Source: Chrysemys picta bellii
Lineage: Eukaryota
NCBI RefSeq assembly: GCF_011386835.1
Contig: NC_088793.1
Coordinates: 206,770,001 to 206,834,000 of the forward strand
DNA length: 64,000 nt
Direction of reading: 5' to 3'
This document shows, in pieces, positions 23,032 through 36,902 of this stretch. Each line of letters opens with the position of its first letter. Positions within the stretch are counted from its first letter, which is position 1. The translations under genes and the position numbers were made by a program. The notes under the pieces were generated by a model that worked only from the letters and a program-made list of their open reading frames with translations, was not told where the DNA came from and did no database searches.

Positions 23032-23720
23032 GTGAGTGTAGCCTGCCTGTGGCATGGGGGGAGGGCGGCCCTGGCACGTGACTAGGCAAAGGAGGCTGTT
23101 CTGAGCTCCTCTGACTAGTCCATCAGTCACCACGCTGCAGAAATGATGGCAGCATGAGCCTTGAAAACGGACATAGGTGATGGTCCTCAGGGAGCCTCGA
23201 TAGAGTTCCCCCGGCAGGCAGCAAATCGCTCGCACGGGTGAGGACAGTTGGGGAGAAGGCAGGCCCCACCCCATGCACTGGCTTGTGGGTCGGGGGGCTG
23301 CATCGCGGGAGCAGGCTGTGCAGCATGGCTGGGTTTGTGTTGCTCCTGGAGCCTGACTGTCCTTGGCCTGGCGTTAATGTTAGTGGTTTTTAACCGGGCA
23401 ACTTCAATGTTGCAGTCATTTAGGTTTTTTTGCATTGAATCTCACTGGGGCGAACTTTCAGAGGGGGTGTTTGTTAGACCGGCGTGCAGAATTCTGCACC
23501 CACACTTGCCTTTGCGGTTACTGCTGTGTGCTCGCCTGGCTTGTTGGGTGTGGAAATGGGGTGATTACCTATGCTGGGCTAAGCACCCAGGTGCGCGCAC
23601 ACATCTGCGCAGGTACCTCCAGCCTCCCTGTTGGAGAAGGAGGCTGACCTTGGTTCCAGTGTGCACAGTGGCACGGATGCTCTTCACCATTGGACATGGG
23701 TTTTGTTTCTATGTTCACAG

Positions 23721-23797
23721 GGGTTTGTGCTGGGAGATTTCTGCGCTTTGCTGGCCCAAGGCGGCCGGGCAGCTTGCACCAGGATCTTAACCTCAAG
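23721..23797 (+). CDS. PEX6: PEX6 exon 9
   Basis: GFVLGDFCALLAQGGRAACTRILTS. 77 nt, donor GTAAGT. Confidence 0.95.
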
Positions 23798-24258
23798 GTA
23801 AGTAGATGGGCCTGTGAGTGATCATCCGTGAACTTGCAGCGTGCCTGCTTGTATCCAGAACATTAATCATTGGGAATGAAAAACTCCATTTCCGCTGGTG
23901 AAAAGATACTGTATTGCATCCTCTTTCCTATGGGAGGTGGGAGCACATGTAGTGAATGTGGCTGTGATCGAGACATGGCAAAGACTATGTGGCGGGGGGG
24001 GACAAAGTGCAGCGAGGGAGGTGCAGTGACAGTGCTGGTGCAGTGATTGTGGCCATGGTTGAGACAGCGCAGTGAGGGAGATGCAGTGACTAGCAGGAGC
24101 GAGGCTGAGACAGTGCCAGGTCTGGGGCAGTGGGGACCGTGCAGGGACTAGCAGGAAGGGGCAGGGGTCGTGGGGACGGCAGGGAGAGAGGTGCTGTTTG
24201 TGGTGAATTGAGCGTGTGAAGAGGACAGACGTAGACTTTTCCCCTTCTCTGTGGCCAG

Positions 24259-24391
24259 TTTCCCAGGGGGGCTGAGTGAGGACGAGGAGAGAGATTTTTG
24301 TGCTGCTGGGTTCCCTGTTCTTGCAGAGGATTTGAACGTTGCATTGGATCAACTGCATGAGACTCATTCGCAGGCAGTTGGAGCCCCAAAG
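24259..24391 (+). CDS. PEX6: PEX6 exon 10
   Basis: [25 protein letters not shown]...HSQAVGAPK. 133 nt, donor GTATGA. Confidence 0.95.
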
Positions 24392-24639
24392 GTATGAACC
24401 ACTGAGCGGGGGGAAAGATACAAGGCTCTGGTATCTGCAGCTTGCCAGGTCAGTTTGAATGGCCCTCACCCCATCCCTCGGGACATAAAGCCACGCTGCA
24501 GTAGATAGGCGCCTGATGGTCACTCGCGGAGCCCTGATTAGCAACAGCCATGCGGGGGTCTCTCCCGCACTGCACTCCCCACTCAGAGACCAGCAGGCTG
24601 GGTGCCAGGCTGGGATTTCCACTCCATGACTGCCCGGAG

Positions 24640-25960
24640 TGTCTGCTCTCGAATGAACTCACGCAGGAAAATGACAAAAACACCCTATCCCCGGTGGGTG
24701 AACACTTTTCACAGAGGGATCTCTCTATACCCGACCTCTCAGTCCTCATCCTCGAAGGAAACCTGCACAACACCTCCGAAGAGGGGCCTGAGAGCTTAGA
24801 CACTAAAAACCATGGACTGAGCAGAGACACTGGACTTATGGTAGAGGTGGGCAAACTATGGCCCGCGGGCCACATCTGGCCCACGGGCCCCTCCAGCCCA
24901 GCCCCTGACCTCCTGGCCCGAGGGGGAGAGCCCCCGGCCCCTCCCCTGCTGTTCCTCCTCCCCCACAGCCTCGTGCAATGCTCTGGGCAGCCGGGCAGCG
25001 AGCTCCTGGGGCAGCACAGCTGCAGAGCCTGGGCCTGACCCGGTGCTCTGTGCTGCGCGGTGCGTGGCTGGCTCCAGACGGGCAGCACGGCAGTAGCGCC
25101 GCCATCCACCGGTGCTCCTGGCAGCACGGTAAGGGGGCAGGGAGGGTTGGATAGAGGGCAGGGGAGTTTGGAGTGGTGGTCAGAGGGCGGGGGTGTGGAT
25201 AGGGATCGGGGCAGTCAGAGGGTGGGGAATGGGGGCAGGGGTCCCGGGGGGAGGGGGAGAATCAGGAAGGAGAGGAGGGGTTGGATGGGCGGTGGGGGGC
25301 AGTCAGGGGTGGAAGTTCCGGGGGTGGTCAGGGGACAGAGGGCAGGGGGGCTGGATAGGGGCAGGGGTCCCGGGGGGGAGCCGTAAGGAAGGGGGGGTTG
25401 GATGGGGTGACGGGGGGCAGTTAGGGGCAGAAGGTCTGGGGGGGCGGTCAGGGGATAGAGTAGGGGGGGGTGTATGGGGCAGGGGTCCCGGGGGGGCCGT
25501 CAGGGAACAGGGGGGGTTGGATGGGGCAGGAGTCCTGGGGGGGGTTGGATGGGGGCAGGGGCTGGGGACGGGCCATGCGTGGCTGTTTGGGGAGGCACAG
25601 CCTCCCCTAACAGTCCCTCCATACAATTTCAGAAACCTGATGCGGCCCTCAGGCCAAAAAGTTTGCCCACCCCTGACTTGCAGATTATTACAAGGATCTG
25701 TAACCCACTACTTCTGGCCAATGACTGGAGGAGTGTTAACAGGCCACTTCACCTTGAATGGTCTCTTGAAATTTGTGTTAACCGCTTATTCTAAACAATC
25801 GGATCCACCTTGAATTTAGCAGTGACACTGAGTTAGTTTCCCAGACCAGAACAAGAGCAAAGCTGACACTGACAGAGGTTGGTCCAGTAGAAGAGATTCC
25901 TTCCCCCACCTTGTCTCTCTAATGTCCTGGGACCAACGCAGCTACAAGGACACTGCAGAC
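24640..25960 (+). mobile_element. Penelope-like element 3' end (GIY-YIG C-terminus plus terminal repeat), split by a hAT MITE
   Basis: RMNSRRKM and KNTLSPVGEHFSQRDLSIPDLSVLILEGNLHNT...LDTKNHGLSRDTGLM at 24640-24841. Resumes at 25676 and ends in ccaccttgtctctctaatgtcctgggaccaac. Confidence 0.7.
24842..25675. mobile_element. Non-autonomous hAT element
   Basis: 16-bp TIRs tagaggtgggcaaact / agtttgcccacccctg with 2 mismatches. Degenerate 8-bp TSD acttatgg / acttgcag. G-rich interior. Confidence 0.8.
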
Positions 25961-26827
25961 AATGATGGGAATAGTCCGTGACCCACTATCGCTGTGTTTG
26001 TCATGCGGATGGCTCTCTGAGCACCTGCAATGTTTTGGTCCCATCAGCAAAGGTCTCTCCCTCCAGTTACTGTTCCAGCTGTGTGTCTGGAAAGCAGGCA
26101 GCGTGCTTGGCACTGCACAGAACGGCCCCTGGCTCTGGGAGCTTTGCCATTCAGACACCCAGCGCCCCGGGAAGCGGGCGTCTCAAGCAGCAGCTCGTAC
26201 ACAGCCGTCATCTCCTCCTTTTCAGCTGGGATTTGAGCAGGGAGAGGGCAGGAGTTCCAGGTGGAAGTGGCCACCTGGGAAGCGGGGGCAGGGCACAGCT
26301 CTGGGAGGAGGGAGTCTGGGTGGAATGAAAGAGGGAGTCGAGGGGCGAGGCAGGGTCAGGGGCATGAATCCAATGTGGAAGGCAAGAGAAGCCAGTGAAA
26401 GGGTCTGAAGAATGGGTGACCTGGTCCAGGGAGCAGAGTGAGCACAGGCCAGGGTTTGGCCATGGGGCTGGTGGGGGAGGCTGGGTTTTCGAGGACAGGG
26501 TAGAGCAGCAGGGAGAGACGCTCCGTGTGAAGGAGGGCATGGAGTGGAGGGTGGTGTGACCTTTGAGGCAGTGCAGGAGGGGGCTGAGAGCTGTGGAGGA
26601 GTCCAAGGTGATGGGCTGGAGTTTGGGGGCAGTGAGGGGGTGAGAGAAGGGGGTGCAATCAGATCAGGGATGTACACCATGCACACCAGGCAGGGAGCAC
26701 ATGGCGTGGGGGTGTCAGTATGCCCTATTCGCACAGCTGCCAGCCAGAGACCTGGAGCTGGGGTCTGGAGCAAGCTGGCTCTGGTCTGGGGACGAAGCGG
26801 GTGACTGGGCTGTCTGTCTCGCTGCAG

Positions 26828-27033
26828 ATCCCCGCGGTCACCTGGCAGGATATCGGTGGGCTCCAGGAGGCGAAGAAGGACATCCTGGACACCATCCAGC
26901 TGCCTCTGGAGCACCCGGAGCTGCTGTCCGTGGGGCTGCGCCGCTCTGGCCTTCTGCTCTACGGGCCTCCTGGGACAGGAAAGACCTTGCTTGCCAAAGC
27001 TGTGGCCACTGAGTGCACCATGACTTTCCTCAG
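26828..27033 (+). CDS. PEX6: PEX6 exon 11 (D2 Walker A GPPGTGKT)
   Basis: [12 protein letters not shown]...[23 protein letters not shown]. 206 nt. Confidence 0.97.
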
Positions 27034-27142
27034 GTGAGGAGGGGTTGGCCTTCCCCGGGGTGGGGTGCTGGTCCTGTGCTGTGTGGCCGGGGCTCCTTTG
27101 CCCAGGGCCGGTATAACTGGGTCCCTGCTCTCTCCCTTGCAG

Positions 27143-27204
27143 TGTGAAAGGGCCGGAGCTCATTAACATGTACGTGGGGCAGAGTGAAGGGAATGTGCGT
27201 GAAG
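27143..27204 (+). CDS. PEX6: PEX6 exon 12
   Basis: [20 protein letters not shown]. 62 nt, donor GTGAGT. Confidence 0.96.
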
Positions 27205-27689
27205 GTGAGTGGCGGGCTCGGCTCGTGGCTGTGAACGTGGCTGGCAGGGCGGCTGTGCGCTCTGGGAGCCTGCTTCGCCTCCTTGGTGTAGGAGGAAGGG
27301 GATAGAATTTGGCCCTATTGCTTGTCCAACAAACTTCTGCCCACAGCGAGGCTGCTGGGGACAGCGGACCAATCTGCCCTGTGTCCTGGGCCAACTGGCT
27401 CAGCATCCCTCGTCCCACCTGCATCAGGTTTAATAAATCCTCTGTGTGACACCCCACTTCTCCCTCTCTTCCTGTCTGCTCTCTCTCCATTGTCCCAGCT
27501 CTCCATACCTTGGCCATCTCTAGCCTTGATGTCCATAATGGCTCTTGTCTGGGCCTCCCTGCGCCTTGCCTCTCCTCGAATCTGCCACTGCAGTCATCAC
27601 ATCTCTTCCTTGAGTGCCTCCATTGGCTCCGTGCCTGCTCCTGCTTCCAGCTGCCTGATGTCCCTGCTGTATTAATTCACATGGACTAA

Positions 27690-29750
27690 ATGGACCCAGT
27701 CAAAGGTGCTGACGTGACCCTGAAACTGTCCAGCGTTAAACCGCACTAAACAAGGTCAGGGCTTTGGCATAAAGAGACCTCTGCCTGCTTAGAGCCATGG
27801 CAAACACACCATCAGACAGCCTTATGACCATCTAGTAAAGAGACACAAAAGACGGGAAAACGTTCAAGCATTTGAAATGTCACATATTAAGTCAGGCTCT
27901 TGTTTTAATGACGTCCCTTGTTCCCTTTCCCTTTGGCTGGAGAGAGACTGTCTCCCTTGTTTGGCCGTCTCACTGTCCTCCTTGGGGAAAACAGAACCAG
28001 TTTGCTGAGATGCACTGGTGCTGTAATGGTTAAAGTCTGATCCCGTTTCCGAAAAGGAAAAACAAGACACACACCCAAGAGGGGAGGGAAAAGAGCAGCA
28101 AATATAGAAAATGCAGCTTCTGTCTCTGGTGCGAACTCTTCCTTGCAACCTCGATGCTGGAAAAGCTCAGGCCCAGCACCTGGTCTGATCAGCGTTGCGC
28201 TGTTTAGGGCATTGCTTTTAGCTGCCTCTTTCTGTTCACGGGCTTGCTGAAGTGTTGCAGAATATGCAGTCTTGGCCAACTAAGCCAGACGCTCCTTAGG
28301 CAGAAGGCAAAGGAGAGAGATCGGAAAGAGAAGGAATAAGGTGGGGAAGGAAAAGACCACACTGGGGAGGGAGGGGAGTTGACAGTCTCACATCCCAGGT
28401 GGTGTTTGAGATCTAGTCAGAGCCGGTGGAGATGGTGATGTCATCTGGCGCCCTCTCTCTAGCCTGGTCCGATCAGGACATCTCTCAGGATTAGGATGAA
28501 GGAGGCACCATGGCGTCTTGCTGGATTCTGGAGTCCCAGGAGACAGGCTGGGATGGCAATCATGATGGTGAAGCTCTCTGGAGCAGCTGCTGGCAGACAG
28601 GTGCTGCTTTTTTTCCATCAGCACTTGTTGAGTTTGCTTCGCCTCTGCTAATTTTCACCCGCAAGTCTCTTTTCAAGGCCTCCCAAAGGGAGTAGCCCCC
28701 CCACATCATTTTGTCCACTTATCGGGTCTCACTTCCAACACACCAATTTTGGCTTGTGTCGAGAGACTTCCAACACACCAATCGATTGCTGGTCCCACAC
28801 TTCTCTTGTTTACCTGGCTTGATCTGAACACAGTCCTTGAATTATATCAGTAGGACTTCGTGTTCTGTCTGTCTCCTTTTGGCACCTTTTCCCATCAATA
28901 TTGACTGTTATAGGTTATCAGACTCTCTGAATTTTTACTCACTTCAAGTTGAGCTCACAATAGGGTAAATTTGTAGGCCCAATTATCACAGCATCCCTTG
29001 CAGAGCTCTCCTGCATGTTTGGGGCTCACCCCGACCAAGGAGGGGTCCTGTCGCCGCCTGCCCTGTGATGGTGGGGGCACCAGGAGCCAGCCCACAAGCA
29101 CAAAGGTCTCACCTGAGATCCCACCAGCCTCGTTATTCCTGGCAGGGTGTCCCCAACAACCCTTCTGGTCCCGTCTCCCGAAGTCCCTCTCCCCCAAGTT
29201 CTTAACTACCAGACACTCGGACTTTCCCCCTCTGGTTTGTCACCCCTGAAGGAGTGAAACCTGCCCCCAGTTATCAGCTCACTTTGGCACGCACATTCCA
29301 TGCTGTTTGCGCACCAGAGACCTGCGTGGGCTAAAAATAAACAAGGTTGATTTAATGGGAAAGCCACTGATTCGAAGGTGAAATAGGGAAAGCAAAAACA
29401 CGCACAACACACTGAAAATAAACATAAAAAGGCCACTGCAAGTTTCGCTCAATTCCCTTTTCTAAGATAAGGTATTTCCTGAACAGTTCCCAGGTGTACC
29501 CCCATCATAGAGGGGATCCAGAGTTTCTCGGACAGCACCCCTCCCGGCTGTGAGGCGTATTTGAAATTGTAGTACAGGTGTTGAGCACAGTTTTTATACA
29601 CTTAAAGACATAGATTCATAACCACCATCTGCCTCCATAGCTCATAATGACCAGCAAGTTATGAACATTACAAGGTTTCAAAAAAGACCTGACTTGCCAT
29701 ATTTTATACACAGTCACGTCGTATACGAACGGTTGCTTCACTTGCTCATT
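27690..29750 (-). mobile_element. Possible degenerate LTR-retrotransposon remnant(s)
   Basis: Duplicated PBS-like 17-mer acttccaacacaccaat (28731-28747 and 28766-28782; reverse TTGGTGTGTTGGAAGT), a nearby coiled-coil-like peptide and LTR-like flanks. Not firmly resolved. Confidence 0.3.
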
Positions 29751-30494
29751 CTGGGGGGTTCAGACCTGCTGTTCTCCCCGTGGGGTGTCTGGACCCTGAT
29801 TGTCACACCTCTGTAAGCACACCCAGCTGTGCTCCATGCTCTTCCCAGGCCCCTCTCCGTTATCGCTGCGGTTTGTGTTGTGGCAGTCCCCAGGGGCCGC
29901 AGACAAGGCTCAGGGCCCCAGTGTCCGGGTGTGTCCAGACATGTCACGGGAGGCCAGTTGCTGCTGCAGAGCTCAGACTGGCTCTATGATAAGACCCAAC
30001 AGATGGATGAAACGGACAAACGGGGATGGCCGAGGGAGTGGTGAAAGGAGCCTTTTTGGTGTAGAGACCCCCCCACTGTGGGGCCATTAGCAGATAGATG
30101 GTGCCTCCTTTCCCCCCAGGAGCCAGCTAGTGACTCCAGCCAGTGGGGACAGGAGCAGACAAAGCAGGGGCCTCTGGACGGTCCAGGCAAAAGGGCTGAG
30201 ATTTCTCTGACTGTCTCCATCCTGTGCTGGAGGGCTGGGGCCTGGCGTCACACCACACTGCTCCTCCTCCCCGGCCCTCGCCCCCTCCCGTTTCTTTCTG
30301 TTTAGCTGATCCCCTGCTAACTAAACGCACCAAAAAAAGAGAAAAGAACAAAAAATCATGGTGCTAACGTGCCGTCTGCTGCCATCCCATTGGTCTCTCT
30401 GCCTGTGGGTGCTACCGCTCCCCTCCCCCCCGCCGTGTCTGTGTGGTCTGTTTACACAATCGTGCCTCATTGTTTCCTTGCACGCCCGTGTCTG

Positions 30495-30652
30495 TCTCTG
30501 TCTCTTGTCTTCTGTCTTATACTTGGACTGTAAGCGCCTTGGGGCAGGGGCTGTCTCTTTGTCCTGTGTTTGTACAGCACCTAGCGCAGTGTAGCCCTGG
30601 TCCATGATGGGCTGCTAGACGCTACCGTAATACACCTAATAAATAACAGTAA
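30495..30652 (+). mobile_element. MIR/L2-type 3' tail
   Basis: ggactgtaagcgccttggggcaggggctgtct...tgtttgtacagcacctagc...aataaataacagtaat. Similar tails at about 15725-15815 and 34195-34340. Confidence 0.6.
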
Positions 30653-31129
30653 TGGTGGGTAGCAGTCCCAGGGTGCCGCCTGCATAGCCGCCCTCCTCTC
30701 TTTGTGCTTTCTGACTTGCCGCGTGCACCCCAGTGCCTGGAGTCGATGCCCTGTTCCTGTCTGCCAAGCAGCCCCCTGCCCAGACAGCTTTGGGCGTGTT
30801 CGGTCCCATCCCAGGAGAGCTGGCAGAGCTCTGGGCTGAGGAGTGTGTGTCTGCAAAGCAGGATCCAGCCATTTTCTGGTGTAATGGTTCTTCTTCGACT
30901 GATTGCTCATGTCCATCCAGCTTACGTGTGTGCGCTCGCCACATGCACCAGTGCCGGAAGTTTCTCCCTCAGCAGTATCCCTAGGGGACCGGCTCCGGTG
31001 CCCCCTTGAATGGACGTGAGCAACACATCTCGAAGAACACCAGTTATGGAAAAGGTAACTCTCTTTTCCTCCCACTCTGGGCTCCTTGCTGGATGGGGGC
31101 TCCCCGCTGTGCCAGTTCTCTCTGTGTAG

Positions 31130-31282
<153 letters not shown>

Positions 31283-32329
31283 TGAGTGCTTGCTGCACCC
31301 TTCTGTTTTGGCAGCTACACTAGGATTCTGGGTGATTTGATACACGCCGGGCACGTGTGAGATGGCCGGGCACACGCAGCTTGGGGGGAGCCTCTCGCTC
31401 TTTGCCTCCCTGCTCCTCCCAGTCCTCTCCTTCGCCGCAGTGGGCTTGACACCTGCTTTCGCACTGCCCCACACGTGGGGCGTTGTCATTGTCTGTTACT
31501 GATTGTAGTAAGTCCTAAGGCTGTAGTAAGTCCTAAGTAAGCCTCTGGCTTAGATCAGGCCCTCCTGGTGCTGGGCGTGGGGCAAACACTTATTAAAATG
31601 ACAGAGCCAGCTCCAAGCCCTTACAGCCTGGAATAGCTTCCTGTCTTCCACGGACTTCTCTGTCCCCCTCCAAACCGTTCTGCCATTTCCTCCTCACCTC
31701 TAGTTATTTACTTGCCCTTGGCTAGGACTGGAGAGGCCTCAGTGAGGATCAGCATTCAGGCTGCTGTGCGAACGTGTATGAAGACACAAGCCTTGCCCAC
31801 GAAGAGCCCTCATTGCTGAGCTCATAACCCATGTCTTGTTCCTTTCCCTCTGTCGGCTAGGAAGCGCCTCAGGGCAGGGAGTGCTGTGTGAAGCACCGCA
31901 CACCTTTCACTTGTCAGCAGAATCTCACAGCAGGGCAAGCACAGGCCTGACTGCAAGTTCCTACAGCCCAGAGGCCTGTAGGTGGGATTTTTGGGAAGCA
32001 CGTGCCTCCCATGGTGAATGTGTGCAAGGCTCAGCTGAGCACAGGGAGGTGTAACCTGAAGCGTCATGAAGGTGTTGTGGCTGTGCTCGGCTGAGCCTGA
32101 CAAGGCATCTACAGGCTTGAGGGTAGCTTCTTGCATTTGTGGGCCTAGGAATAGAGTCTGTTGGCTAGAATAGACACAGCAGGGTATCCAGAGGCCTACG
32201 CTGCAGTGTCTGCCACTCACCGCCCACCTGAGCCTCGGTGGGGTGCAGAGTCTGCACACAGGTCGGACTGCCAGCAGTGCCTTGCAGGTGAGCTCGTTAC
32301 GCAAGAGTACACTGAGGGGCAGGTTCCTA

Positions 32330-33735
32330 GCTTCCAAGGCCAGAAGGGTGAATTGTGATCGGCTAGTCTGACCTCTTGTATAGCCCAGGCCAGAGACCCG
32401 CCCCAGAGTAATTCCTGGTGCAGAGCTTTTAGAAACACATCCAGTCTTGGTTTAAAAATTGTCAGTGATGGAGAATCTACCACGGCCCTGGGTAAGTTGT
32501 TCCAATGGTTAATTACTCTCACTGTTACTCTGTTAAATGTATGCCTTATTTCCAGTCTGGATTTGTCCAGCTTCAACTTCCAGCCACTGGATCATGTTCT
32601 ACCTTTGTCTCCTAGGTTGAAGAGCCCATTATTACATATTTGTTCGACAGATACTTATAGACGGTGATCAATTCACCCTTTAACTTTCCCTTTGTTAAAC
32701 TAAATAGATTGAGCTCCTGGCGTCTATCGCTACAAGGCAGGTTTTCTAATCCTTTAATCATTCTTGTGTCTCTTCTCTGACCTCTCTCCAATTTACCAAC
32801 ATCTTTCTTGAATTTTGGACAGCAGACCTGGATAGAGGATTCCAGTAGCAGTCACACCAATGCCCAATGCAGAGGTAAAATAACCTCTCTGCTCCTACTT
32901 GAGTTTCCCCTGTTTATACATACAGGGATCACATTAGCTCTTTTGGTCACCGTGTCACAATGTGTTCAGCTGATTATCCACCACACCCCCCAAATCTTTT
33001 CCAGTCACTGCTTCCCAGGATAGAGTTTCCCATCCTGTAAGTGTGGCCTGCCTTTTTTGTTCCCAGATGTACACGTTTACCTTTAGCCAATTTAAAATTT
33101 ATATTGTTCGCTTGCTCCCAGTTTACCGAGTGATCCAGATCGCTTTGTATCAGTGATCTGTCCTCTTATTATTTACCACTCCCCCAATTTCTATGTCTGC
33201 AAACTTTATCAGGATGATTTTGTTTTCTTCCAGGTCATTGATAAAAATGTTAAATAGCCTAGGGCCAAGAACAGATCCCTGCAGGACCCCACTGGAAGCA
33301 CACCCATTCGATAATGATTCCCCATTTACAATTGCATTGTGAGACCTATCAGTTAGCCAGTTTTTAATCCATTTAATGTGTGCCATGGTAATTTTATATC
33401 ATTCTAGCTTGTTAATCAAAATGTCCTATGGTACCAAGTGAAACCTCTTACAGAAGTCTAAGTATATTACATCTACATTATTATCGTTATCAAACTTATA
33501 ATCTCATTAAAAACAGATTTCAAGTTAGTTTGACAGGATCTATTTTCCATAAAGCCATGTTGATTGGCATGAATTATCTTACCCTGCTTTAATTCTTTAT
33601 TAATTGAATCCCGTATCAGCCGCTCCACTGTCTTGGCCAGGATCGATGTCAGACTGACAGGACTATAATTACCCAGGTCATCGTGTTTCCCCTTTTTAAA
33701 TGTTGGCACAACATTCGCTTTTTTCCAGGTCTGAG
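32330..33735 (-). mobile_element. CR1 LINE fragment (RT domain to 3' end)
   Basis: WKKANVVPTFKKGK...NYSPVSLTS...NQHGFMENRSCQTNL, then WIKNWLTDR...GVLQGSVLGPRLFNIFINDL...KFAD, then HWNNLPRAVVDSPSL. Confidence 0.92.
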
Positions 33736-34335
33736 CTGTGATTAGCAAAAGTCTCTGTAGGGAACATGATCCACAGATGTGTGTGTCTGTCTGTCTATAT
33801 ATGGTCCCTGTCACCGGAGCATCGGCGCGTGTATCCTCCCCACGTGCCAGAGGGCAGGGCAGCATTGGGAACGGAGGCTCAGCGAGATTAAGGGGCTTGC
33901 CTGAGATCACACAGAGTCTGGCAGAGCTGGGAACTTGCCTTAACCACAAGGCCATTTGGGTTCTTGCCCCAGGGCAGGGTTCCTGGCCTGTGGCCATGTG
34001 GTGCCCTGTTAGAGAGGCCTATGGGTCTCAAGGTGTGTGTGTGTGTGTGGGGGGTGCTTTTCAGGGGTGGGTGTGCAGGCATGCTGTGGGTGGCATGGTC
34101 TTGGGGACTGGACGGGAAGTCAAAAGACTTGGGTCCTGTGACCAGCTCTGCTAGTGACCTGCTGGGTGAGCCAAGATGCTCCACACACTCACTCTAGCTC
34201 TTGGTCTTGTCTGTTTAGCTTATAAGCTTCTTGGGGCAATGACTGTCCCTTACGGTGTGTCTCCACCGTGCCCGGTACAATGGGGCTCGTCTGAGCTGGG
34301 GCTTGTGGGTGCTCCGGTGATAACAATACAGCTAA

Positions 34336-35055
<720 letters not shown>

Positions 35056-35536
35056 TGAAGGCTACCACAGTGGAGACCATGGGGCCCTCCAGCCTCTTTA
35101 TTCCAGTCTGGCAGCGCACTGGGAGCAGAAACAGCCCTGGGCATTAGCCCTGGTGTACGGGGCTCCGCAGAGCTCCTGCAAAGGGTCTGTGCTGGCCTCC
35201 CGCTCAGTGCCTCTCACAGGGCACAAGCTGGAGGAGGGGCGAGGCGGGGCTGAAACATGTGGATTCTGGCTACCCGGGCTGGCCATCAGCCTGTGGGGGC
35301 CATTGCAACCAGAGCATAAACTAGAGCAGCCCTCATGCTCCTCTGATTCCCACTGGGGTGGGACAGGTTGAGAATCGGTTGACGTGAGGCCACCTCTGTT
35401 CCCCCAGTCCCCGGGCTCAGCGTGCGAGTGGAGCCTGGTAACAGGGGTGCCAGGGGGGGTTGGGCTGACGCTGGGAACACGTGGCTTGACTGTTGAAGCA
35501 GGTTTTTCTTGACTGGCTCTTTCCCTCCACCGCCAG

Positions 35537-35614
35537 GTTTGACAAGCTGGTCTATGTCGGCATGAATGAGGACCGTGAGTCTCAGCTGCGAGTGCTGAGC
35601 GCCATCACCAGGAA
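35537..35614 (+). CDS. PEX6: PEX6 exon 15
   Basis: [25 protein letters not shown]. 78 nt, donor GTGAGT. Confidence 0.96.
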
Positions 35615-36762
35615 GTGAGTGTTTGCCCAGCTGCCTAGCACCAACCAAGCCACTTCTATACCTAGCTGTGCATGCGCAACGCAGCTGGGTGGCTAAGCGC
35701 GGTGGGGGGGTGGGGGATGGCTGGCAGAGTTGAAGGCAGTTCAGAGGTGCCAGTCATGGTGCCCAGAGCTCTGTGGGCTGCCCCCTAGCTTGGAGCTGGA
35801 GCATACAGGAGAGAAGGAGGGACCTGTGCAGGAAAGCCCTGCGGCTGGGGGCAGGAGCAGAGCTGTACTGGGCTCCATCCAGGCCTAGATGAGCTCACAC
35901 CACCTCTTCCGCTCCGGGCTCGCCCTTCACACCCACAGCCCCCTCCTGGACTGCAAGAGGCCTGGCCTCTGCCAAAGAGACGCGGAGAGCTGTAACAGGG
36001 CTGCGTCTGCACACCAGGGGCCAGATCCTCAGCAGGGGAGTTATGCGCTGCTTTGTTGAAGTCAGTGTCGCTTGACACTAGCTGAGGAGCTGGCCTGAGC
36101 GACCGATTCCCCATTGCCCTGCACTATGGAGGTTGTGGTGCCAGAGGTCCCGTTGTGATCTGGCAGGGTTTTACCCCGCTGGTTTAGTTTCCCCATCTGG
36201 CTTGCGGACAATCACTGCTGTTTCTTTCTGCTCAGGCCAGGCATTTACTGGTTGGAGAAACGAACATGTGCATTGCTGAAATCTGTGTCGTCTGATCTCC
36301 TGTCCGGCCATGTTGCCGGCCCCGTCTGCCAGAGCCCTTCCTGTTAGGGGAGACCGAACCTCTGGGGTGTGGGGTTTGCACAGGAATTTTTGATATTGAG
36401 ACCACTTTGATGTAGATAGTTATGGAAATTCTCCTCTGGGAGGAGTCTGCAGCCAGGAGCCAGACCTGCAGACGCCTGGTCTTCCCTGATTGACAGGTCT
36501 GAATTGCCTTTGACTCTGCCCTGCGGGAGTGAGACTCCACTTGTGACGCAGGCCAGCCGTGTTCTTGTAGGAGGGAAATGAACAAGCCGGTTAATCAAGT
36601 GGTGGAGCCTGTGATTATGGAGAACCTAGTGCAGAGCCCAGGGGGGGCTGCACAGGGAGGAGCTGACCTGGGGATCCGAGTCCTCCTGCCCACAGCCCTC
36701 TGGCTGGATTCAGTCTCCGGCTGTCTGTGGCTCTAACTGCTGGGCGTTTCCCCGCCTGGCAG

Positions 36763-36902
36763 GTTCACACTGGACCCTTCAGTGCGTCTCAACAGTGTCC
36801 TGGATCAGTGCCCTGCACAGCTGACGGGAGCAGATCTGTACGCGCTCTGCGCAGACGCCATGCTGTGTGCTGTCAAACGGAAGGTGGATTGGATTGAGGA
36901 AG
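36763..36902 (+). CDS. PEX6: PEX6 exon 16
   Basis: FTLDPSV...[15 protein letters not shown]...KRKVDWIEE. 140 nt. Confidence 0.96.

Noticed and set aside
27189-27191. Gly in PEX6 QSEGNVRE where human has Glu
   Set aside because: This position varies among AAA+ paralogues (Ala in p97), and a single-base change or error cannot be excluded.
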